Shown: in pieces, positions 42,701-49,409 of the stretch
Layout of the letters: each line of letters begins with the position of its first letter
Numbering within the stretch: position 1 is the stretch's first letter
Assembly: GCA_031423875.1 (NCBI GenBank)
Contig: JANPGI010000105.1
Location: 1-51,727 of the forward strand
Direction of reading: 5' to 3'
DNA from: Verrucomicrobiota bacterium
GTDB taxonomy: Bacteria > Verrucomicrobiota > Verrucomicrobiia > Limisphaerales > JADLHS01
DNA: 51,727 nucleotides
The notes under the pieces: generated by a model
The model's input: the letters and a program-made list of their open reading frames with translations, nothing else
The model's database searches: none
What the model was told of the DNA's origin: nothing
Program-made: the position numbers and the translations under genes

Positions 42701-43791
42701 ATTCGATACGACTGGGAGGCTGCAGTGCTGAAGCGCGGGGAATAATCGAAGGTGTTGTTGACGCTGTATTGCAGCGTGCCACCAGTGAATGAAACCGTGC
42801 CGCCGACTCCAAGCGGTCCAAAAATGCCAGCGCTTTCCGCCCCGTTGACGACCAAAGCACCGCCACTGAGAATGGTATTGCCCGTATAGGTGCTCGCGCC
42901 GGAGACGGTGAGCGTGCCGTTGGCTACCTCCAGATTGCCGGAGCCAGAAATGACCCCGGTAAGAGTCTGCGCCTTGGAAGGAGCATCATATTTGAAAAGC
43001 GTTCCATTGTTGACGATGCCTTGGGAGCCTAAGGTACCCACCCCAGCCGGGCTAAGCACCGTATTATGCATCAGAACCACAGTGCCACCAACGATGGTGA
43101 TGGGACTGTTAATGGCGCCGTTACCCACCGCCCCCGAAAGCGAAGGACCACCCCAATACAATGTGCCGGAACCGGTTTTCTGAATCAGAGTTCCCGGACC
43201 GTTGGCAACAATAAGGTTGTTGGTGACCCACCAATCTCCCGTTCCAGCAAACAACAAAACATGCACAGCGCCGCCGCCTGATTGTACCCGCACGTTGGGA
43301 TAGATGATGCTCGGGGCCGTTGAATTATTGATGAATTGATGGAGCTGGTTGGCATTACCCGGTCGCCAAATGAGATTCAGTATGTTCGCGGAAGTATTTC
43401 CTAAACTGAACTGTGCGCTGGCCGTGTCATTAGAGATCGAAAGAATGGCAAGGTTGACAGAAGCCCCGACCGGAGAATAGATGTTCACGTTGCCGGTTTG
43501 GGGAGGGATCATGGAGAAACTCACCCCTGAGTTCCCGAAGCCGCTGGCCAGACCACCATTATAGTCCAAGGTGAGATTGCCGGGCACGATACCGCTCCAC
43601 TGACCGATGTCACCCCCACCGGTACCGGTGATGACTGGCAAGGTGCCGCTCCAGTTGCTGGCAGCACCGACGTATGTTCCAGTACCATTTCCGCCGTTCC
43701 AAGGGCGTATCGTCTGGCCGAAGGCAGCCGTCGTAGCGAAGGCGCAGCACAGGAGGATTAATACTTTAATATCTTTGAGTCTTGTTTTCAT
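39721..43791 (-). CDS. 1356-aa secreted PATR (autotransporter-associated beta-strand repeat) protein without a beta-barrel translocator; C-terminal FFR module
   Basis: Start at MKTRLKDIKVLILLCCAFATTAAFGQ (cat 43789..43791); the ORF extends to 44019. More than 15 PATR units (GANTYSGLTTVSAGKLVI, NNTYSGATTIAAGTLQVG, DNSYAGQTTIIAGTLQVGNGGATG, TNTYTGGTIIANNTLVLGDGGTPG, NNDYPGGTVITAGTIQVGDGGTTG...). Confidence 0.88.
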   Translation of the reverse strand: MKTRLKDIKVLILLCCAFATTAAFGQTIRPWNGGNGTGTYVGAASNWSGTLPVITGTGGGDIGQWSGIVPGNLTLDYNGGLASGFGNSGVSFSMIPPQTGNVNIYSPVGASVNLAILSISNDTASAQFSLGNTSANILNLIWRPGNANQLHQFINNSTAPSIIYPNVRVQSGGGAVHVLLFAGTGDWWVTNNLIVANGPGTLIQKTGSGTLYWGGPSLSGAVGNGAINSPITIVGGTVVLMHNTVLSPAGVGTLGSQGIVNNGTLFKYDAPSKAQTLTGVISGSGNLEVANGTLTVSGASTYTGNTILSGGALVVNGAESAGIFGPLGVGGTVSFTGGTLQYSVNNTFDYSPRFSTAASQSYRIDTGGQSVTLTNALTSSGGTFTKIGSGTLTISGANTYSGLTTVSAGKLVIEGSAGAGDITIANSAALGVKATGTPIAPTTLTVGTSSTLEFNNVTSTSTALIAAGSVSAGGTITVNVNSGTFAIGQSYPLFSWSSGSAPAVTLGTLTGAGGNLTTNGNTIKLNITSLAFVWTGLGNGNWDTATANNWKAGGISAVFVNGNTALFDDTATGETNVVLNSPVSPTGVAVSSSAKIYSITSSGANLIGGSGGLAKSGSTTLTLAGGVNTYSGATTISGGTVSVGALANGGAASDIGAANNTAGSLVLNGGTLQYTGSGATSDRLFTLGTGNGAINSSGSGALALGNAGSVALSGTGARTLTLSGADMNDNTLAASLGDNGGATALTKSGAGKWVLTGNNTYSGATTIAAGTLQVGVGGASGSLGSGNILNNGSLVFNTSSTLTNGTVSGTGTVTKDGTGKVVLPGDNSYAGQTTIIAGTLQVGNGGATGKLNSTAPVVNDGTFIFDSTGSFTMSGGGGISGTGNVIVRGAGNLFQALGANTYTGWTLIEPGATFQPAQGNQGSLSSSMVTNNGTLKLVRQDNAVFIYAGPVVGTGRILVDANNVNVGDVTLTGTNTYTGGTIIANNTLVLGDGGTPGAGSIVGGILFTNSLTPNENPRRVAFNHPEDFTFPGLITFAPTLPFGNRGIVEQRGLGVLTLTANNDYPGGTVITAGTIQVGDGGTTGDIGTGPVTDNGVLVFNRANDLTFGGAISGAGSIVKLAAGTLTLTGTNNITGSLTVSNGALFMNNENFASSTAVYGGTLGGTGAFYGPITLEAGTTFSPGASASAIGTLTAVSDLTIGGNVSVQVNTSLAQSNDVAAVTGVLSKTGSGTLTVANLGPVLTVGTKFTLFSQPVTGGAALTVTGGGATWTNALAVDGSITVATVLAPPSLGFTQTGNNLQFTWPGSGYKLQAQTNSVSVGINSNWGDYPGGGSSPVNVTINPANGSVFFRLISTP

Positions 43792-43947
43792 GAACTGCAA
43801 GGTTGTCATAAAGACAGCTAGTTGATGGGGTTTGTTTGGTGTTTTCATTTTACTATTGGAGTTGGTGGTGTGTGGGTAGAGATAGATTGGTTGTGATGGT
43901 TTCGGTTCAGTTGTTGCATAGATTCTGTCAAAGAATGTATGGAAAAC

Positions 43948-43965
43948 CATACGACGATTGTCGTA
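43948..43965. promoter_or_regulatory. Palindromic operator S2, ATACGACGATTGTCGTAT
   Basis: In the divergent region between the PATR giant (ATG 43791) and GH115 (ATG 44077). Outer 7+7 nt are perfectly symmetric. Confidence 0.65.
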
Positions 43966-44017
43966 TCTGCAGGAGACGGTCAAACCCGGTTGAAGTGTCC
44001 AAAAATGTCTGCTCACC

Positions 44018-44035
44018 ATACGATAAATGTCGTAT
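44018..44035. promoter_or_regulatory. Palindromic operator S3, ATACGATAAATGTCGTAT
   Basis: 70 bp centre-to-centre from S2 and 42 nt upstream of the GH115 ATG. Both S2 and S3 are preceded by CC (CCATACGA). Confidence 0.6.
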
Positions 44036-44076
44036 GGCCAAGCCTGCGGGACATCCCTGACGATGTCCCCACGCAG

Positions 44077-47025
44077 ATGACAAATCCAATCACACGTTCG
44101 GACGGCTTGAGATCCTTCACGTTTGCCGTCCTGATGCTGCTTTCCAACATTGCGTCGAACAATGCTGTTGCCATTGGCGGAGCAAACTATGTGGAAACCA
44201 TTCCGACGCCGGGCAGTTTTGCCTTGTGCGAAGGTGCTCCCGCAACACTTCTTGTGGACTCAAATGATTGGCCAGGCGTGACGCGTGCGGCTGGTGATTT
44301 GTCAACCGACATCAAGCGAGTCACCGGACAACGTCCCCAGATTCACAACCATCTCCCATCTGAGGAGACAAACATCGTCATCATCGGCACCATCGGAAAA
44401 AGCGATCTCATTTCCAGATTGATCCGCGAAAAGAAAATTGACGTCTCAGACATCGCTGGAAAATGGGAATCGTTCTTCCATCAAGTGATCGCCAAACCAT
44501 TTCCGGGAATCGAAAGCGCGCTCGTCATCTGCGGCAGCGACAAACGCGGCACGATCTATGGCATCTACGATTTGTCCGAGCAGATCGGCGTTTCGCCGTG
44601 GCACTACTGGTCCGACGCGCCGGTTAGAAGACAGGAGCGACTCTTCGTCCGCGCGGGCAGGGTCGTTACCGGCCCGCCAGCGGTAAGGTATCGCGGCATT
44701 TTTTTGAATGACGAAGCCCCGGCGTTGAGCGGCTGGGTAGAAGAACGATTCGGTAAGGTCGAAGGATTGCCCAACGTCGCCAATTATGGTCGCGGCTTTT
44801 ACACCAATATCTTCGAGCTGATGCTCCGTATCCGCGCGAACTATCTCTGGCCCGCCATGTGGAACAACGCGTTCAACGAGGACGATCCCGCCAACGCCCG
44901 TCTCGCCGACGAATATGGCATCGTCATGGGCACGTCACATCAAGAGCCGATGCTGCGCGCCCAGAAGGAATGGGATCGCAACCTCGGCAGGCAACACGGC
45001 AATTGGGACTACAACAAAACCAACCAGCGCCCCGTGCTCCATCAGTTCTGGCGCGAGGGCGTGAGACGGAACAAAGACTACGAGAGCATCATCACGATGG
45101 GTTTGCGCGCCGAGAACGACAGCGGCGAGCCGGTGGGCAAGGGATTGACCGAAGTAATTCTCGCCGAACAGCGAAAGATTCTGGCCGAAGAAATCAATTC
45201 CGACCTCACGAAAGTTCCGCAGACATGGTGTCTCTACAAGGAAGTCATGGGTTACTACAAAGACGGCCTGCGCGTGCCAGATGACATCACTTTGCTCTGG
45301 GCCGAAGACAACTGGGGCAACGTCCGCCGCCTGCCAACCGCAGCGGAACGCCAACGCAGCGGCGGGAGCGGCGTCTATTATCATTTCGATTACCACGGCG
45401 GCCCGCGTAGTTACCAGTGGATCAACACCAGCCCCATTGCCAAAGTCTGGGATCAGATGTCGCTGGCGAAACACTACGGCGCGGATCGCATCTGGATCGT
45501 CAACGTGGGCCATTTCAACAAGAGCGCCGAATTCCCGCTCGAGTTTTTCATGCACCTCGCGTGGAATCCGGATCGCTGGACGAACGAAAACCTCGACGAG
45601 TTCACTCGTCTCTGGACCGCGCGTGAGTTTGGCAACAAACACGCCGATGAGATCGCGCACCTCATCACCACCTACACGAAATTCACCGGGCGACGAAAAC
45701 CTGAACTGCTCGATGCGACGACCTACAGCCTGTTGAACTATCGCGAGTTTGAAACCGTCTCAGCCGACTTTGAATCTCTCGCCGAACGCGCGCAGAAAGT
45801 TTATGACCAGTTGCCGACTGAATCTCGCGACGCCTTCTACGGCATGGTGCAATACCCCATCAAGGCCGCAGCCGGGTTGCACGCGATGTATCTGGCCGCT
45901 GCCAGGAACGCGCTCTACACCAAGCAAGGTCGCGCCAGCGCCGAAGACTTCGCCGCAGAAACCCGCACGCTGTTCATCGCGCAAACAAATCTGGCCGACC
46001 ACTTCAATCGCACTTTTGCTGGCGGCAAATGGAAGCACTTCATGGATCAAGCCTACATCGGCTATCAGAGCTGGAATCCTCCACGCAGCAACAACCTGAG
46101 CGCAGTCAGGCTCGTCGAGAGCTCGTTGCCCGAGGCAGCGGCAATGGGCGTGACTGTCGAGGGCGAAAGTGGAACGACTGGCGGCAAACTTCACTTCGAC
46201 AAATTCGGCCAGGCCACGCGTTACGTTGAAGTCTTCAACACAGGGCAAAAGACTTTCGAGTTCGTCACCACTTCAAGCGCGCCGTGGATCGTCCTCAGTG
46301 AAACCAAAGGAACGATTGCGAAAGAACGCCGGTTTGAAGTCAGCGTGGATTGGAGCAAAGCACCCGCAGGCAAAGCCAGCGCACAGATCAAAATCTCTGG
46401 CGCGGACACGAATTTCACAGTCCACGTCAGTGCGTTCAATCCGTCAGAGCAAACGTATCAGGGATTTGTTGAATCCGATGGATGCGTATCCATCAACGCG
46501 GAGCACTTCACAAAGAGATCGGATGCTGGTACGAAGCGTTGGATCAAAATCCCAAACTATGGCCACACGCTTTCCGGTATGCGCGCAGACGGTCCACCCG
46601 AAGTCCTCGCCACACCGGGCAAGGATTCGCCATGCCTCGAATATCAGATGCACTTGTTCAATCCGGGGCAGATCGAGGTTGAGGCCATCGTCGGCCCGAC
46701 GCTGAATTTCATTCCAGACCGACCGCTACGCTACGCCGTCGCGTTCGACAATGAAGAGCCCCAGATCATCACAGTTGTCCCCGCGAATTTCGACGTGCGC
46801 AACGGCAACCGCGACTGGGAGGAATCGGTGAAGAACAACTGTCGTCGCATTGTCTCCAAACACACCGTCACCGCGCCCGGCACTCACACACTTAAAGTTT
46901 GGATGGTGGATCCGGCTGTCGTACTGCAAAAGCTCGTCGTCAACACCGGCGGTGTTAAGCCTAGCTATCTCGGCCCGCCGGAAAGTTATCGCCGATCTAA
47001 AACTTCAACGGCTTCCACTCATTGA
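44077..47025 (+). CDS. GH115 xylan alpha-1,2-glucuronidase
   Basis: Signal peptide from MTNPITRSDGLRSFTFAVLMLLSNIA. GH115-type N-terminal pattern: IIGTIGKSDLISRL...GKWESF...LVICGSDKRGTIYGIYDLSEQIGVSPWHYWSDAP, RYRGIFLNDEAPAL. The ORF opens at 43939. Confidence 0.85.
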   Translation: MTNPITRSDGLRSFTFAVLMLLSNIASNNAVAIGGANYVETIPTPGSFALCEGAPATLLVDSNDWPGVTRAAGDLSTDIKRVTGQRPQIHNHLPSEETNIVIIGTIGKSDLISRLIREKKIDVSDIAGKWESFFHQVIAKPFPGIESALVICGSDKRGTIYGIYDLSEQIGVSPWHYWSDAPVRRQERLFVRAGRVVTGPPAVRYRGIFLNDEAPALSGWVEERFGKVEGLPNVANYGRGFYTNIFELMLRIRANYLWPAMWNNAFNEDDPANARLADEYGIVMGTSHQEPMLRAQKEWDRNLGRQHGNWDYNKTNQRPVLHQFWREGVRRNKDYESIITMGLRAENDSGEPVGKGLTEVILAEQRKILAEEINSDLTKVPQTWCLYKEVMGYYKDGLRVPDDITLLWAEDNWGNVRRLPTAAERQRSGGSGVYYHFDYHGGPRSYQWINTSPIAKVWDQMSLAKHYGADRIWIVNVGHFNKSAEFPLEFFMHLAWNPDRWTNENLDEFTRLWTAREFGNKHADEIAHLITTYTKFTGRRKPELLDATTYSLLNYREFETVSADFESLAERAQKVYDQLPTESRDAFYGMVQYPIKAAAGLHAMYLAAARNALYTKQGRASAEDFAAETRTLFIAQTNLADHFNRTFAGGKWKHFMDQAYIGYQSWNPPRSNNLSAVRLVESSLPEAAAMGVTVEGESGTTGGKLHFDKFGQATRYVEVFNTGQKTFEFVTTSSAPWIVLSETKGTIAKERRFEVSVDWSKAPAGKASAQIKISGADTNFTVHVSAFNPSEQTYQGFVESDGCVSINAEHFTKRSDAGTKRWIKIPNYGHTLSGMRADGPPEVLATPGKDSPCLEYQMHLFNPGQIEVEAIVGPTLNFIPDRPLRYAVAFDNEEPQIITVVPANFDVRNGNRDWEESVKNNCRRIVSKHTVTAPGTHTLKVWMVDPAVVLQKLVVNTGGVKPSYLGPPESYRRSKTSTASTH

Positions 47026-47146
47026 CCAGATGTAATGCTGCGACGTGAGATGACTCGATAAAGTTCTGTTAGACAACTGGCGGAAACCTAGCCTGTAGTT
47101 TCTTCGCGTATCCTCAAACTGTCGTCGTCCGCTTGATCTCCATCGC

Positions 47147-48025
47147 TCACTTCGGTTCAGCCAACTTGAAACCCAGAATACTCAACATCTTCTCCGCGTA
47201 GCGTCGCCCCAATTCGCGGTAACCCGCCGGACTGAAGTGCAGTTTGTCGCCCAACACAGCGCAGCCTTGCGATGAAACAACCTGCGCTGTCGGAATCGTC
47301 TGGGGCAGTGCGCCGATGATCTTATTCATGCTCGCGCACACGCCCTTTTGCTCCGCATGAACCACCTCGCCCGCAATCAATGGAACTTCCTCAGCCTTGA
47401 GGTTCAAGTCGCGGAGCAGATTCTCGTAAACTCCCTTCACTTTCGCGGGCCATTCCTTGTCGTTCGTGTTCGACTCGCCTTGATGGAGCAAAATGCCCTT
47501 TATCACCCCGTCTTCCTGCGCGCGCTTCGCCATCAGCACGAGATGCGCGTAGGGATTTCCGCCGTAGGTGGCGATGATGTTGGTCATCCAGTTCGGCGCG
47601 GTGGCGGCATACGACTTATAATTTTCCTTGTCGAACAACTCGATCTTGCAACCGCCGATGGAAACATTGACGACGCCCACGCGGATGTGCGGCGGAAGAT
47701 TTGAAACCAAGGTGCGACCAAAATAATCCGCCGGGCCAATGCCTGCCGAAGGCCGGCTCAACGGCGGAATCGCCGGATACCAGTTACCCTTCTTCCGTTC
47801 GAGGCGCGGAAAATCCACCACCGCCAACATCTGAAATCGTTCATCCACCGCTTTCTTGTCCTGCTCTTCCAAACCCGGAAAACCCTCCATGTTCGACTGC
47901 CCCAAACACAGGAACACAAAGAGGTTTGTGTCCCTAGCGACAGCAGTCATCTGGAGACAAATCAAGGCAACTGCCAATGACCCTAGGAATTTGATTTTCT
48001 TCATGCTTGGAACGGAATCCTTCAT
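47147..48025 (-). CDS. SASA-family (sialate O-acetylesterase-like, DUF303) carbohydrate esterase, probable acetylxylan esterase
   Basis: LCLGQSNMEG nucleophile motif, LLHQGESN, signal peptide MKKIKFLGSLAVALICLQMTAVA (alternative ATG at 48004). ATG 48025 overlaps the GH10 stop (ATGA). Confidence 0.8.
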   Translation of the reverse strand: MKDSVPSMKKIKFLGSLAVALICLQMTAVARDTNLFVFLCLGQSNMEGFPGLEEQDKKAVDERFQMLAVVDFPRLERKKGNWYPAIPPLSRPSAGIGPADYFGRTLVSNLPPHIRVGVVNVSIGGCKIELFDKENYKSYAATAPNWMTNIIATYGGNPYAHLVLMAKRAQEDGVIKGILLHQGESNTNDKEWPAKVKGVYENLLRDLNLKAEEVPLIAGEVVHAEQKGVCASMNKIIGALPQTIPTAQVVSSQGCAVLGDKLHFSPAGYRELGRRYAEKMLSILGFKLAEPK

Positions 48026-49251
48026 TCAACTCTCGACGTCGGCTCGGTTGCCACGCGAATCACGGCATCGAACGCAGGCTTGGGCTGATTGTTGCCATCG
48101 AAGAGGAGTGGTTTGCCGTTAGCCCGCCAAGACACCGCGTCGTTCACGCCCCATAGCGTGACCATCTTCACAGAGTCGCGATGCTTCACGAATGCCCGGA
48201 AAAGATTCGCGTATTGGTCCGCGAGCCGTTTGTTGGCGTCATCTATCAGTCCACCCTGCGTGGAAGCGGCGTTTTCAGAAATGTCCGCCCCGCCGTTCTG
48301 CTGGCCAGCGCGCGCGCCGTTGACATCAAGTTCGGTGATGTGGATGGGCAGACCGAGCGATGCGATTTCCGTCAGGCACGCATCCATGCCCTCAAAGCTC
48401 GGCGACGAAACATTGACGTGGGCTTGCGAGCCGATGGCATGAACCGGAACTTTTTTCTCTTGGAGCGACTTGATGAGTGTGATGAGCTTCTGCCGCTTCG
48501 CGGGACTTTCCAAGCCGTAATCGTTGTAACGAAGAATCGCATCCGGGTCGGTTTCATGTGCGTATTCAAAAGCCTTGGCGATGAAATCCGGCCCGATGAT
48601 TTCGAGCCAAAGTGAATTGCGCAGGACGTTTGTGCCGGTGTCGGAAATGGCTTCGTTCACAACATCCCAGACCTTTATTTTGCCTTTGTAGCGTCCCACC
48701 ACGGTATGGATGTGTTCACGCATCCGGGCGAGCAATTCATCACGCGACGCGCGTGGGCCGGAATATCCAAAGCGGTCAGCCCGGCGTTCGCCGGGCGCGG
48801 TTGTGACGGCTGGCGGCGGATTCGTTCCTGCGAAAACCCAACCGGGAGTTTGCGAATGCCAGACCAGCGTGTGCCCGACGAGATGGAGTCTGTTGTTCAA
48901 ACCGAAATTCACGAACGCATCAGCAGGGCCAAAATTGTAGCCGTCAGCTCCGGCGCGTGGATGGATTACTTCCCACTTTAAATCGTTCTCTGGAGCGGCA
49001 TGGTTGAACTGCCCCAACACGACCCCCGTGTCTTTGCGAACTTGCTCCATGTTCCGATTGGCGTTGTTGACCAGACCTGGATTGCCGGTCGCAATCGTTT
49101 GATTAACGGCCACACCAACCATGAAATGATCTTTGTAGGCATCCTTGAGGGAAGACTTATCGGCAGAATGAATTGTCCCCGCTGTGGTCAGCAGCAGCAT
49201 TGCGATGATGAAGCTGGTGTGTGAGAAGATTTTTTGGAAATGTGTATTCAT
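48022..49251 (-). CDS. GH10 endo-1,4-beta-xylanase
   Basis: LVGHTLVWHSQTPGWVF, WDVVNEAI (acid/base Glu), IHITELDV (nucleophile Glu), signal peptide. Confidence 0.92.
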   Translation of the reverse strand: MNTHFQKIFSHTSFIIAMLLLTTAGTIHSADKSSLKDAYKDHFMVGVAVNQTIATGNPGLVNNANRNMEQVRKDTGVVLGQFNHAAPENDLKWEVIHPRAGADGYNFGPADAFVNFGLNNRLHLVGHTLVWHSQTPGWVFAGTNPPPAVTTAPGERRADRFGYSGPRASRDELLARMREHIHTVVGRYKGKIKVWDVVNEAISDTGTNVLRNSLWLEIIGPDFIAKAFEYAHETDPDAILRYNDYGLESPAKRQKLITLIKSLQEKKVPVHAIGSQAHVNVSSPSFEGMDACLTEIASLGLPIHITELDVNGARAGQQNGGADISENAASTQGGLIDDANKRLADQYANLFRAFVKHRDSVKMVTLWGVNDAVSWRANGKPLLFDGNNQPKPAFDAVIRVATEPTSRVE

Positions 49252-49341
49252 AAATTCATGGTTCGTGCGAACCAGTCGAACATGATGGACTGGTTTGTTG
49301 CGAGATCATGTGGAGGCTACGGGCACACTCACCCCCGAGAT

Positions 49342-49359
49342 ATACGACAAGTGTCGTAT
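49342..49359. promoter_or_regulatory. Palindromic operator S4, ATACGACAAGTGTCGTAT
   Basis: In the 158-nt gap between the GH67 stop (49410) and the GH10 ATG (49251), 91 nt upstream of the GH10 start. Confidence 0.65.
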
Positions 49360-49409
49360 ATCGTTCGCTACCGAGACCATGAATCTTGCCCACATTCGAA
49401 TCATATGAT

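Noticed and set aside
42706-42712. ATACGAC half-site inside the PATR coding sequence
   Set aside because: There is no matching GTCGTAT half at the required 4-nt spacing. A single 7-mer is expected by chance in 51 kb.
39721-43791. Classical type V autotransporter (also considered for the PATR region of 2069..4966)
   Set aside because: There is no C-terminal beta-barrel translocator domain, and no terminal aromatic residue in a barrel-type motif. The C-termini carry the short FYR module instead.
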